DNA from: a bacterium
GTDB lineage: Bacteria > SM23-31
Assembly (NCBI GenBank): GCA_965249485.1
Contig: OZ252239.1
Coordinates: 3,232,001-3,296,000, forward strand
Reading direction: 5' to 3'
DNA: 64,000 nt
Shown here: positions 1-11,270 of the stretch, piece by piece
Layout of the letters: each line of letters opens with the position of its first letter
Numbering within the stretch: position 1 is the stretch's first letter
Translations under genes and position numbers: made by a program
Notes under the pieces: model-generated
What the model saw: only the letters and a program-made list of their open reading frames with translations
The model's database searches: none
What the model was told of the DNA's origin: nothing

Positions 1-1378
1 AACGTTCGAATTTATTTTTCATCTTTTCTCTATCGAGATCATATCCCAAATGATAAATCTTCATTTCCGAAACAGCCATAGCAGCGGGAATCTGAAGAAC
101 ATTGTGAACAATGCCGTCATAATAGATGTCTGGTGATTTTCTGAACATTCGGGGAGAGTAATGTTTTCCGAAATTTGCACCTCCCGCCTGTCCCGGCAAT
201 GTTGAGTAGACTGCACAACATATGACATCATGATCCTTCTGCCATTTCATGGATCGTATAGCAGGTATATCTTCATGTGCCAGTCGCTCATCTGCATCAA
301 TAATTAGAACCCATTCACCTGTCACTTTGCTGATAGAATAATTCCTCGCTTCACTAAAATCGTTTTTCCATTCATGATGGTACAACGAAACCTGAAATTC
401 CTTCGCAATTTCTACAGTTCTATCGTCTGATCCCGTATCGACAATAACGATTTCATCTACTGCCTCACGGAAAGACTGGATGCATTCCTCGAGCATATGC
501 TCTTCATTTTTAACGATCATTGCTACTGAAATCTTAGGTTCGGGATCTCCATAAAATGGATAGCTCCGCAGCTCATCCAGTACTTGCAGGGCTTCCTGAT
601 GTTGAGGAAAGTGTTTCAGATATTCAAGAAGATACTCTTCAGCATCATAAATTTTATACAACTTATGGTAAATTAATGCGATATCGAGCAGCACTTCAAT
701 GTTGCCGGCATCTTTCGCTTTCATAAATTGAATTTCAGCACCAATATAGAAATGATTTTCAGCGTAAATGATGCCGATAAAACGGTGAATCTCATCTTTT
801 TCAGGGCAGTTGTTAAGACCTTCGCGGAGTATTGTTTGAGCATCCTCAAAGCTACCCTCTTTATGATAAATAATTCCGAGATTGATATAAAAAAACGGGT
901 AGTCATTTTTGAGCTGAATTCCTTTTTTCAGTACTTCCTTTGCCTCTTCGTTTCTTTCTGAATTGAGCAATGTTGTGGCATAATTATTGGCCAGTTCATG
1001 AGCATTTTGCACTGCGGAAGTTATGCTTGCAGGTTGATTTTTATCATCCTGAGTCGCATCGAGAAACAACTTTCCGTACCGTATGACATCGTCCGTAGCA
1101 CGTTCGGTATAGGCAATGCTGAACAAAAGAAATGCAGCATCCACCACACCCAGATTGTTATCAAGGAGCGGCTGCAAAATCATTTTTGCATCGTCAATTT
1201 TGTTTAAACGGATAAGAGAAAATCCGAATATAGTAGATACCTGAACAAAATTTGTTGTTCCTAATTCGTCAAGCGGTAGCGTAATCAACTCCTGTGCAAT
1301 GATTGCTGCCTGAGTAAAATCATCCATGCCAAGTGCCGAATTCATTGTGTCTATTGCTTTTTCAATAGATTTATCCAT
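1..1378 (-). CDS. TPR-repeat + GT2 glycosyltransferase (runs off left edge)
   Basis: Manual translation from ATG 1378 stays open; TPR-like helices then KISVAMIVKNEE, IVIVDTGSDDRT, DFSEARN, IIDADERL motifs. Confidence 0.85.
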   Translation of the reverse strand, partial: MDKSIEKAIDTMNSALGMDDFTQAAIIAQELITLPLDELGTTNFVQVSTIFGFSLIRLNKIDDAKMILQPLLDNNLGVVDAAFLLFSIAYTERATDDVIRYGKLFLDATQDDKNQPASITSAVQNAHELANNYATTLLNSERNEEAKEVLKKGIQLKNDYPFFYINLGIIYHKEGSFEDAQTILREGLNNCPEKDEIHRFIGIIYAENHFYIGAEIQFMKAKDAGNIEVLLDIALIYHKLYKIYDAEEYLLEYLKHFPQHQEALQVLDELRSYPFYGDPEPKISVAMIVKNEEHMLEECIQSFREAVDEIVIVDTGSDDRTVEIAKEFQVSLYHHEWKNDFSEARNYSISKVTGEWVLIIDADERLAHEDIPAIRSMKWQKDHDVICCAVYSTLPGQAGGANFGKHYSPRMFRKSPDIYYDGIVHNVLQIPAAMAVSEMKIYHLGYDLDREKMKNKFER

Positions 1379-1469
1379 TTTATCCCCAATGCTCTTATTC
1401 TTTGTCATTATGATACTGTGCTAGGATTTTTGATAGTCATTAGTGTATGCACTATTTGTATAGTAAAAA

Positions 1470-2942
1470 TTATAAATAGAGATTTACAATCTCATCGACA
1501 GCACGAAGATGCTTTTTCAGAGAAAACTTCTCCGTCATTATCTTCCTGTTTACACTAGTAACTGATTGTTTGTTGCTCTTCTCATATTGTTTCAATAATT
1601 CAAGACATTCATCAACTGTTTTAAACATCATCTCTTTCGGATAAAAATCATCACTGCCTGGCCAATTATGTACCAGTGGTATGAGCCCGCTACTTATACC
1701 TTCAATAACAGAATATGGACACCCTTCGATCATGGAGCTCGAAATAATGTAATCCTTATCAGCCATCCATGAAGCAATGTCATCAATCCATCCGTGATAT
1801 TGAATTGGTATCGATAATGCTGTGCATAAATGATTAAAGTATTTCTCTATAACTGGGTCCTGATGAACTCCGGCAATATGAAACCTGTACTCGGTATCAT
1901 ACGAATGAATTTTAGCAAAACATTGCGCAAGGAGTTCCGGTCCTTTTTCCTTTTTTATAAAACCGACATACGCTACATTTTTTCCGTATATGTTGTTCTC
2001 AGGCGGTGCAAATTTACTGAGGTCTATTCCATTTGGTATAGCTGTTATGGGAATGGGTACCTCAAATTTTTCTTTTACAAAATCAGCCATATGATTCGAA
2101 ACGCAAATCAGATGATCAACATTTTTCCAATTGACTTTAGACGGCATATCGGTAAAGGCTTCATAACGGTGAAGTCTACAGATTGTTTTCCCGTATTTCG
2201 GTAACTTTGAAGCATGAACAATCAAATTATCGCACCATTCAAACCAGCACAATTCGCTCTCTTTCATCATTCCCGCAATTTCTGATATGGTCGACCCGGA
2301 AAACTGCCGAACTTTAAGTTTTCCTTCATAGTGTGCTTTTATGTCCTTGAGAAAAAAATCGTTCGTCGTAAAAAATGTGAGAGTTTTTCGGTTATCTGTC
2401 TGCTTTTGCATCGTATTGCCAGTCAGTTCCCGAAGTTTTTTCTTTATCCCATCCTGATCGGGATTGAAAGAATACGACCTCTCAAATGCCTCAATGGCGC
2501 TGGAAATATCACCGACTTCAGCTGCACTTTCTCCGCAAGCATTCAAGGACTCTAAACAATCAAGCTTTTGAATCCCTATTATCTTAAAATGTTTGTATGC
2601 CTCGTGGTAATCAGATGTTTTAAAATAGTGGAGCGCAATTTGTTCGATATACTGATTGTTGTGAGGAGCTAATGTGTGGGCTTTCAACAGGAATGCAAGT
2701 GCTTGATCCTGCATATCTAACAGCTCACATGCATTCGCCATAAGATAGAAAGCTTCATGTTGGTCTGGATATTGTTCTAAACCTTCACGGATGAGCTTTA
2801 ACGCATCTTTCGGCCTATTTTGAGACAGTAATTCCCTGCCTTGCTCTAAGAGATTTACAACTTTTTCGGGCATAATAACTGCTTGTGTGTAAAAATCAAT
2901 TGGCATACAACTTTTACAAACGAATACCGATATATTCTGCAC
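1470..2942 (-). CDS. TPR + GT4 glycosyltransferase (probable start ATG 2873)
   Basis: N-terminal TPRs; IPNGIDL, YVGFIKKEKG, SSMIEGCPYSVIEG GT-B motifs. Confidence 0.85.
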   Translation of the reverse strand: MQNISVFVCKSCMPIDFYTQAVIMPEKVVNLLEQGRELLSQNRPKDALKLIREGLEQYPDQHEAFYLMANACELLDMQDQALAFLLKAHTLAPHNNQYIEQIALHYFKTSDYHEAYKHFKIIGIQKLDCLESLNACGESAAEVGDISSAIEAFERSYSFNPDQDGIKKKLRELTGNTMQKQTDNRKTLTFFTTNDFFLKDIKAHYEGKLKVRQFSGSTISEIAGMMKESELCWFEWCDNLIVHASKLPKYGKTICRLHRYEAFTDMPSKVNWKNVDHLICVSNHMADFVKEKFEVPIPITAIPNGIDLSKFAPPENNIYGKNVAYVGFIKKEKGPELLAQCFAKIHSYDTEYRFHIAGVHQDPVIEKYFNHLCTALSIPIQYHGWIDDIASWMADKDYIISSSMIEGCPYSVIEGISSGLIPLVHNWPGSDDFYPKEMMFKTVDECLELLKQYEKSNKQSVTSVNRKIMTEKFSLKKHLRAVDEIVNLYL

Positions 2943-3065
2943 ATTGTATATAGTTAAAAAACCAATTCTCTAACGATATATTAATCGACAAGTCAGAAAA
3001 TTTAATTTAGTTATTAGACTTTCGTAGTTTTATCATCCGAAAACTTACTCAGGATATTCAGCAAT

Positions 3066-3846
3066 TTATGAGTTGGTACCGTTCTTCTTTGAGCAGAGAC
3101 AGATAATTTGAGGGCTTGTTTGTGAAAAGGCCGATCGGTCATAATTACCAAAAACGTTTTTAACAGTAAAACCGTTTTTTCCAACAAGTAAATCAATTCA
3201 TACCGGAATATTATACTCATCTTTAGATTATTACTCGCTGAGTAATTTTTCCTTTCTGATCATACTCTTCATATAAAAAATCAATGTCAATAAGTTGATT
3301 TGCCATATCCCTCTTGGCAAGCTCCCACTGCACAACTACTTTTTGTATTTCGGGAATGTAAAAGTGCTGCAGAAACTGCATTTTTGGTTCCCGGACAGCA
3401 CAAAGATCAAAATTCGGTGAAAACACGTCGATAATAAATTGGCCGTCATCTTCAAGATGCTCCAAACATGTCTGCAAGCACTTGTCGATGTCTGCTCTAT
3501 CGGTTAATAACAGAAATGAATTAAATGGGATAATGATAACTTTAAATTTCCGGTCAAGTTGAAACGTACGCATATCCTGTTGAGAAAAGTGAACACGTTC
3601 CCGGACATCGGGGTCTTCATCCTTCAATTTTCTGTCAAATATCTTCAACATTTCCGGTGAGTTATCAATGTCCCATATTTCAAATCCTTCACGTGCAAGA
3701 GGAAACGTTACTCTTCCACTACCGCAGGCAAGCTCAAGAATAGGTCCACCATAATTTTGAGATTCTTGAATTAAGAATGGTATGTCCTGTGTGAAATTCC
3801 GCCATTCAGCTTCATAGTAAATAGCTAACGGATCGTATTCAGACAT
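3066..3846 (-). pseudogene. Class I SAM methyltransferase with two frameshifts (possibly sequencing errors)
   Basis: ILELACGSGR motif I; C-terminus continues in other frames (MSIIFRYELIYLLEK, then GFTVKNVFGNYDRSAF) after shifts near 3232 and 3178. Confidence 0.75.
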
Positions 3847-4032
3847 GTGTGTTGACCTTTTTTATTAAACCATAATAAAAAACCAGCCATTCCGGATTGA
3901 ACGCTGGTTTATCGATGAAAAATATAGACAAAAGCAGAATATATGTCAAGGCATACTTGTTAATGATACTCTGCTCGTCACATCGCTTTATCCGGATAAC
4001 CCGGTTCACATTACTGCATGTGAACCATTCAT

Positions 4033-5175
4033 TCAATGTAATTCCCTGTCTTTTGGTAACTGTGCTTTTCCAAAAAGAGAAAGACGCAATTTACCCCGGG
4101 AGCGATCATCCTTGATACACTTTAAGTTGTATTTCGGTTCTAAAAAGTTATCGCCATATTTCAATGCTTTTTTTAATTCTGAGACAGATTTTTCGTATTC
4201 ACCCATGTGAAAGTATAATACACCTGCATTATTACGGCAACCTGCATGCTCAGGATTGAGATTAAGACATTTCGAATATTCGTCATGTGCTAATTTGTAT
4301 TTTCTAATTTTATAGTAACAATTTCCTGCATGGAAATAAGCATCATCATTTTCGCAATTGAGCTTTTGTGCCTTATTGAGATGCAGCAAGGCATCATTCG
4401 TTTTTCCTATACGGTAGAGCAATTTTCCCAGTGAGATACGAAACTCTTCTTCATTATTATAAGCCCGCGATAAATACTCAGCTATCACTACCGGGTCGTG
4501 TTTTTGAATTGCCTTTGTTTCAAAATTCCTGTAGTCATTCCAATCTAAACTTATCCGCTCAGGAGTTATTCGATTTCTAACAAGCGGTAGATCGATATAT
4601 TCGACTCTCGTCTTAGAACCGACTCTGAGAAAGAGATCGTAATCATACGCATGATTAAACGATTCATCAAAACCACTGGATTTTTTAAAAATACTCGACA
4701 ATATAAGTGTTGATGAAATGGTATTAATATTATTACTCTCAAACATTTTTCCGAGAAAGTAGTTTGATGAGAAGGAAGGAAATTTGCTGACACCGGTCAT
4801 AAATGTTCCACATTCATCTATAAATGTGGTGGCACAAAATACCATTCCGGTCTTAGGTTCATCCTGAAAGCGTTTTACGCTGAGCTCATAGCGCATTTTA
4901 CCATTAATATCCTGTGCATCAATAAAAGACAGATAATGACCCTGTGCTTTTGTAAATCCAAGATTATATGCTTCTGCTTTATTGAGTAATCCTGATGAAA
5001 CATGGATTATGTCCTTCTTAAATTCTTCAGAAGCCTCTACTACTTCATCATGATATCCGTTATCGATTATGATAACTTCTAAATTTCTATATGTGCTGTT
5101 AAAAATTGAAGAGAGGCAGTTTGAAAAAAAATCCATATTTTCTATTGCGGGAATAATAACGCTAATTTTGTCCAC
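4033..5175 (-). CDS. GT2 glycosyltransferase with C-terminal TPRs
   Basis: KISVIIPA, LEVIIIDNG, FIDAQD, DYDLFLR; TPR repeats. Confidence 0.85.
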   Translation of the reverse strand: MDKISVIIPAIENMDFFSNCLSSIFNSTYRNLEVIIIDNGYHDEVVEASEEFKKDIIHVSSGLLNKAEAYNLGFTKAQGHYLSFIDAQDINGKMRYELSVKRFQDEPKTGMVFCATTFIDECGTFMTGVSKFPSFSSNYFLGKMFESNNINTISSTLILSSIFKKSSGFDESFNHAYDYDLFLRVGSKTRVEYIDLPLVRNRITPERISLDWNDYRNFETKAIQKHDPVVIAEYLSRAYNNEEEFRISLGKLLYRIGKTNDALLHLNKAQKLNCENDDAYFHAGNCYYKIRKYKLAHDEYSKCLNLNPEHAGCRNNAGVLYFHMGEYEKSVSELKKALKYGDNFLEPKYNLKCIKDDRSRGKLRLSLFGKAQLPKDRELH

Positions 5176-6041
5176 AGAACTTTTCCTTGTTCACGACAAT
5201 GAAGGGTAATTGTGATTATATAAGACGGGTTGTCTTGAAACTCCTTTGTCTAATTGTCGGATAAATTGGTATAAAAGTTTATTTTTGGAAGCATAAAAAA
5301 TGTAACAGTAAAGACACCGGATTTTCTAATGATTAAAACTATTCGTAAGCACATAATTTCTCCGTCATTATTATCCACAACTGTTCAAAAAGCAGACAAT
5401 CTATTTGTTTTTCTTTAATTTTATATCTAGTATCACTAATGAGCAAATAAATGTAATGAGCTCACCTGACATCAGCACCGTATTCATTCAAGATTAATTC
5501 TTTTCTTAATAGCTCAATGAAAAACAAGCGCAGTTTCAATGTTACGACCTCAAGGTGCCATGAGTGTAATTGACATACTTACCCTGGAAAATGATACCAT
5601 TGATATAGCAGGTATGGAGACGTTAATACATTTCTCCCTTAATCTGCCTAATCGTACAAAATACTGAAGGTTTTGTGGAAGGCCACTATGCACGCTGTAT
5701 ATTGACCACTACAAGATTGCTGAAATTTTACAGTCTGCATTATATATGAATACTAAAGCGATACACATAAAATCCATAACGAAAGCGAACCTGCACCAGA
5801 TACTACACAAAAATAGAATTAATTATTCCATTGTAGGCAACTAATATTTTCAATATTTATACTTGTATTTCAATCACCATTTTTGTAACTTTTGTCGTTC
5901 ATTTGGCAGTGTCATAACAATATTGAACATATCCACACAGTATTCTCCAACCAACAATTGCCAAGGTGAGCACTTTTCACGTATTAATAGACTAATTAAT
6001 CAAAAAGGTTTGTGACATCTTAATTATAGGTGGGCTATAAT

Positions 6042-7356
6042 ATGGCGGGAATTCCAGATTTATTTTCATCAGAAGGTGACAGCATTGAAATTGCTGGTAT
6101 TGAGTCTCTAGTAAAAATATGTAAATTCAATCCTCAAAAAAAAAGATAAATTCTTTAACGGTTTAGAACTTGCCGATGATTTGGTTGATGATCAGGCAAT
6201 TACTTTGTATACCAAGGGAACTTCAATTTCGGTCGACCGCGTACAAAGACTGGTAAACCTGAGAGCCAATAAACCAGACTTCGTAATGAAATTCAAAATC
6301 AAGAGAAGTGCAGAGTTGATTGCAAATTTCAAAAAAGATATCCTGTAGAAGGTTGCAAAATTAACCGAGTTTAAAAAAAGTTATAAAGTATATGCGGAAT
6401 TAATAGGCTCTATTGCCCAAGACATTCAATCTGTGATCGATGAGATGCTCACCGATGAAAACATGATTCTAACAATATTTAAGATGAAATTTTCAACAGA
6501 AACAACCGGCAATAAAAATGCGACCCTTTATTTTAATCATACAATTAGCGTTGTACTCTTTTCCTATGCAATAGCACAGTCTGCTTCTCTCAAAGATACA
6601 ATCAAATTTACTAAGGATGATTACACTAATCTTCTGAAAACAGCATTTTTTCATAATATTGGCGCGTTGACTACTGTAGATACATTCATGGATCTGGGAG
6701 ATTCTGATAGAAAGAAAAAGTATTATGAAGCGAACCGAAACAGCGGTTTTTCGTTGAGTAGCTTGCAGCTTCCGTTTGAGATAATGGATGCAATCCGGTT
6801 TATCGGTGAGCATCCCTTTGAGCGGTATGAATTTGTGAATGATACCGAAAAAAAAGCGAGTTGGTTTGCTAACATTATTGTTGCTGCTGATTTCTATTCA
6901 CAGTTAGAAGTAGGGTTATTCGGCTCGCATCTAAAACCATCAAAAATTATTGATAAGCTCAATTTAATGGGCCGGGAAGAGCAACTTAATATGGAAGTTG
7001 TCAAGGCCTTCTCTCTCGGTTTGAATCTAAAAGATATATTTGATTTTTATATGGGAATGGAACGGTTACAGAGTTTGTGTAAAGTTCAGGGAGGCCGGCA
7101 TGCTTGGCCTTATCCAATGTCGGGATTTAAAAGTCCGACACTGTTTATCTGCGAGAGGGAAATCACTACTTGTGAACATTTTGAAAAGTCCCTCAAGGCT
7201 GTAACGCTTTTAAAACCTATGAGAAAACTCAAGGACGGAAAATATGCGCGCTGTCTTCTTACGTCACCACAACTGCAAGATTTTTACGCAGAACACTACG
7301 AAGACATTAAAAGTGACATGAAAGATTCAGGTCAAGAAGATGGTGATGAGAAATAG
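6042..7356 (+). pseudogene. HD-domain-like protein, interrupted (A9 frameshift 6136-6144, TAG 6346-6348)
   Basis: Frame reconstruction from ATG 6042; AFFHNIG and VAADFY resemble HD-GYP-like core; collinear with downstream paralogue. Confidence 0.6.
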
Positions 7357-7459
7357 AGATTTTGATTGCCCACTATACTAAGAGAATCATCAACGGATTC
7401 GACAGTCTTTATAATCAAATAACTCCCTAACTGTAACACTTACTTTAATTGGAATAAAT

Positions 7460-8930
7460 ATGAAAATATTGCCTGACGCGTTAGAATTCGAAACCATAGA
7501 AGATCTTTGTATTTTCCTGCGATATGATGCGAAAAACGCCAAGTCAATACCTCCCGGATATGTCACTGCCGAAGATATGCTCAATAATAAAGGTGGTGTG
7601 CTGTATGCAAAAGACACCGAGCTTGATGCCTCACGTCTTGGGAGATTGATCCGAATTATCGAGAATAATCCGGAAGTTAAACCTAAATTTGCCGTAAAGC
7701 TCAATGATGTTGTGATCAAAATCGAACAGGCAAAAATTCTTGCCGCAATCAAGCAGCTTATTGAATCAAAAGCATCCCGCAAGGTCTATGCCCGATTCAT
7801 TGGGATGACCATGAAAATAATCGAAACCCGCTTTCAGGATATATTTACGTCAACAGAAATTATCCTAATATATAAGCAAATTAAAATTTCTTGAAGACAA
7901 AGCTAAAAAATCAATAATCAGTATATTTTACAACCATATGCTGAATACACTTATTTTCTCTCTCGGTATTGTTGGTTATCTGCAGGATCAGGCAAAGGAA
8001 AAGATCGAAACCGAAGATATCGGGAATGTGGGAATTCTGGCAATGCTTCATGCTATCGGTGGATGGGCATCAAGCGGAGAATTTTTTGAAATACCTCTTG
8101 AGGATAGAAAAGCAAAATACATTGAAGCAAATGCAACTAATTACGAAACGTTGAAAAGTGATGAACAGATCTCAAAAACATTTGCAGATGATAATATTCT
8201 CAATGCAGTGAAGTACTGTTATGAATTTCAAGCCGAACAATTCGACTTTTTTGCGAGCGATTCAAAGGCCGGACTCTATGCTAAAATTGTCTGTGTTGCA
8301 AGTTATTTTGATGAGGCCATATCCGGAATATGGGGATCTTCACGCACCGCAAGGGAAGTAGTTGATGTCATGTATGTAAAGGTGCAGTCACAAAAAATGC
8401 CGAAACATTATGTTGATGCTCTCGCAAAAAGCCTTCAGTTTACTGATTTATTTGACTTTTATCGTGAACTCGAGATTTTGGACAACTCGTGTAAACGTGA
8501 AGCCGGAAAAGCGTATCCGATGACCGGTTTCAAGAGTCCTATAATTTTTGTCTGCCAGCAAAACCTAAACGAGTGTAAAGAGTATGTTGCAAGTGCAAAT
8601 GTGATCAATGTATTCAAGGAGATGGGCGGATTAGAAGAAGGACAATACAATAGATGCGAGGGTTTATCTGAGAGGTTGATCAAGTTTTATGAAGAACACT
8701 ATAAGGAAATTAAACAAGAAGTGATGGCAAAACAATTCGGTTTGAATAAAGAAGACGATGATGATGAAGCTACTGCTCCCGAAAGAAATCAGCCGCATGA
8801 TCAGGGAGCAAAAACTGAAGAAGCCGGCGAAAACAAAAATGAAGCTAAAGATGAATCAAAGGAAGCCGGAGGCGATCCTGCCGATAAAGAATCAAAGGAG
8901 GCTGGAGGCAATCCCGCTGATTTGCAATAG
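7460..8930 (+). pseudogene. Paralogous HD-domain-like protein, one frameshift near 7885
   Basis: ORFs 7460-7894 and 7938-8930 join by removing one A; shares YPM(S/T)GFKSP..F.C and FY.EHY..IK with upstream gene. Confidence 0.6.
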
Positions 8931-9041
8931 TGATTTCTCACTCTTTATAAATATCCGTTTTATATGTATTATATTAATAGTCTTGTAAATATCTTGCTGT
9001 AATTCGTACTCCATATTCATTCATTAATATCGGGGTGATTC

Positions 9042-9413
9042 ATGAAAACTATACTAATTGTGGATGATGATCACAATATTCAAGAATTATTAAGAGATGC
9101 TTTAAGCCAAATAAAAGAGTGTGCAATTATTACCGCCAATGATGGTGAAGAAGCACTCGAAAAAATCATGGCCTCTCCCCCTGATCTTATCATTTTAGAC
9201 ATGATGCTTCCAAGAATCAGCGGCAATGCGCTCTTTTATGATCTGAAAAAATTAGAGGTGACAAAGAACACACCGGTTATTTTTATGTCGGGAACGTTTG
9301 TCGATAAACAAATTAAGCATGAAGCAATTAAAATGGGCGCTGTAGATTATCTGGATAAACCGCTGGATATTGAAGAGTTAATATCAAGCGTTCAATCTAT
9401 TCTTTCCGATTAA
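9042..9413 (+). CDS. Single-domain response regulator
   Basis: ILIVDDD, PDLIILDMMLP, YLDKP. Confidence 0.92.
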   Translation: MKTILIVDDDHNIQELLRDALSQIKECAIITANDGEEALEKIMASPPDLIILDMMLPRISGNALFYDLKKLEVTKNTPVIFMSGTFVDKQIKHEAIKMGAVDYLDKPLDIEELISSVQSILSD

Positions 9414-9490
9414 TTCACACCGAAGTTTTACTTTAGTTCCTTCACGAATTTATCTATCCTTGACGGAAATATCCCCCATAATCGCAGTAT

Positions 9491-9979
9491 TTAACCGGTA
9501 GGTTTGTGTTCGGGAAAAAATTTCCTGTGCTCAATTTTCATGCATTTATTCATAATGACAGTAATGCCGGCTGATCGTGCTATTTTGGCTGCTTCATTAT
9601 GAACAATTCCGAGCTGCATCCAGACAGCTTTAATGCCTATTTTTATAGCTTCATTAACAATAAACGGAACGTCATGAGAAGGACGGAATATACAGACAAT
9701 ATCAACAGGAACGGGGATATCGGTAAATGATGGGTGCGAATGTAATCCCATGATATCACCAGCTTTCGGATTGACTGGAATTATAATATAACCGTTTTGA
9801 ATTAAATAGCGGGCCACTCTGTAACTGTCTTTTTCCGGATAACGAGATAATCCGACAACAGCAACTGTTTTTGAACGTTCTAATAGCGTCCTGATCTCCT
9901 CAGGCAGTGGTGTTATATCCGGAAATTCGCAATTTATGCTCTTATTCGCAACAGTATCAATCTTTTGCTTTTCATTCAT
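9491..9979 (-). CDS. CoA-binding protein (YccU-like)
   Basis: VAVVGLS, IIPVNP, AVWMQLG, NKCMKIEH. Confidence 0.9.
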   Translation of the reverse strand: MNEKQKIDTVANKSINCEFPDITPLPEEIRTLLERSKTVAVVGLSRYPEKDSYRVARYLIQNGYIIIPVNPKAGDIMGLHSHPSFTDIPVPVDIVCIFRPSHDVPFIVNEAIKIGIKAVWMQLGIVHNEAAKIARSAGITVIMNKCMKIEHRKFFPEHKPTG

Positions 9980-10072
9980 TATGTTGATCTTTCAGAACAA
10001 TAATTAATGATACAGACTCACAAAATCTACAGTCTCCAATCCCAGGCAAACTACCAGTGTCTCTCACATCTG

Positions 10073-10282
10073 TCACGTATATCCTGATGGGCATTTCGGC
10101 TGCTGTGAACTGGATGAATAGTCACCTGCCGTACTGCCGATCGACGAGGCAGACATTAGTTTTTCTGTATCTTCCGAACCGCAGGACGGACATCGTATCC
10201 TTTTGGTTTCGGTTTTATAAGAAAACAGTAGTTCTTCAAACCGTGTTTCGCAGTGTGAACATTTAAATTCGAATATTGGCAT
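10073..10282 (-). CDS. FmdB-family zinc ribbon protein
   Basis: MPIFEFKCSHC...CPSCGS. Confidence 0.9.
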   Translation of the reverse strand: MPIFEFKCSHCETRFEELLFSYKTETKRIRCPSCGSEDTEKLMSASSIGSTAGDYSSSSQQPKCPSGYT

Positions 10283-10293
10283 TTAATCATTCC

Positions 10294-10680
10294 TCAAAGC
10301 ATATCAATGACTGTATGAAGTTTCTGCTTCGCTTCTCTGGCTACTTGCTCGATTTCATTATTCGAGACAAATGACATCATTGCATCTGGTTCAATTGCAG
10401 AAACAGTGATTTTGCCCTGTTTATTTTCGTAAAGTATAATATTGCACGGTAGAAGAAGACCAATTTCATCTTCTTGCTGCAGTGCTCTGTATGCAAGATG
10501 CGGATTACAAACACCAAGTATTACATACGGTTTGAAATCAACATCAATTTTTTCTTTAAACGTGTCAGTAATATTGATTTCCGTTAAGACACCGAATCCT
10601 TCCTTTTTCAACTCATCCGAAAGGATTTCACGAGCTTCCTTAAAAGAATAATTTAATTCTTTTGAATATCCGAATTGCAT
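10294..10680 (-). CDS. DUF302 protein
   Basis: GFGVLTEI, ILGVCNP, IGLLLPCN. Confidence 0.9.
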   Translation of the reverse strand: MQFGYSKELNYSFKEAREILSDELKKEGFGVLTEINITDTFKEKIDVDFKPYVILGVCNPHLAYRALQQEDEIGLLLPCNIILYENKQGKITVSAIEPDAMMSFVSNNEIEQVAREAKQKLHTVIDML

Positions 10681-10832
10681 GATTCCTCCTCATCTTGATC
10701 TGACATGTAACCTATTTTATCCTGTCTGCTCGACACGGAGCAGGCATCGCCAAGTCAAGTAGGTACTCCCAGTTTAGGCAGAATGTAACCTGTTATAACA
10801 AAATATACAGCAATAATAAGAAGAACTTCCAT
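10653..10832 (-). CDS. Small membrane protein, probable selenoprotein (in-frame UGA 10755-10757)
   Basis: MEVLLIIAVYFVITGYILPKLGVPT-UGA-LGDAC..., frame open to TAA 10653; hairpin CTGCTC-N6-GAGCAG 11 nt after UGA. Confidence 0.6.
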
Positions 10833-10847
10833 GAGGGGTATCCAATT

Positions 10848-11261
10848 TTAGTTTTTCAACGTAAAGCCCCATGTGATTTTCGTTGCCAGTGCAAATGAAG
10901 CAACGACAGAACAGTATTTATTTATCGATAAATCTATAGCCTGTTTCAGCTCATTTTCAGTTAGTCCATTTTTCATTACGGTATAATGTATTGCAATTGC
11001 TGTAAACTTTTTAGGATGTGTTTCTGCACGCTCACCAGAGACGGTTATAACAAAATCATCTGGTGTTTTCCGCTTTTTCTCCAATATGACTACAATATCC
11101 ATTCCGGTGCAGCAGGCGACTGCCTGAAGAAGCACCTCCGTAGGTGACGGGCCGTGTGTCGTACCCGGTTTTCCCGAATCAAGTTCAATTGTATGTTGTG
11201 ATGGTGCTGTACAGGTAAAATGCATGTCACCTTGCCAGCGGGCTTCAATATCCACAATCAA
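10848..11261 (-). CDS. OsmC/YhfA family protein
   Basis: GPSPTEVLL, ACCTGMD, KYCSV. Confidence 0.9.
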   Translation of the reverse strand: MIVDIEARWQGDMHFTCTAPSQHTIELDSGKPGTTHGPSPTEVLLQAVACCTGMDIVVILEKKRKTPDDFVITVSGERAETHPKKFTAIAIHYTVMKNGLTENELKQAIDLSINKYCSVVASFALATKITWGFTLKN

Positions 11262-11270
11262 ATTCTCCGG

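Noticed and set aside
6346..6348. Pyrrolysine or programmed read-through in host gene
   Set aside because: Same gene also has a homopolymer frameshift; error or decay is simpler
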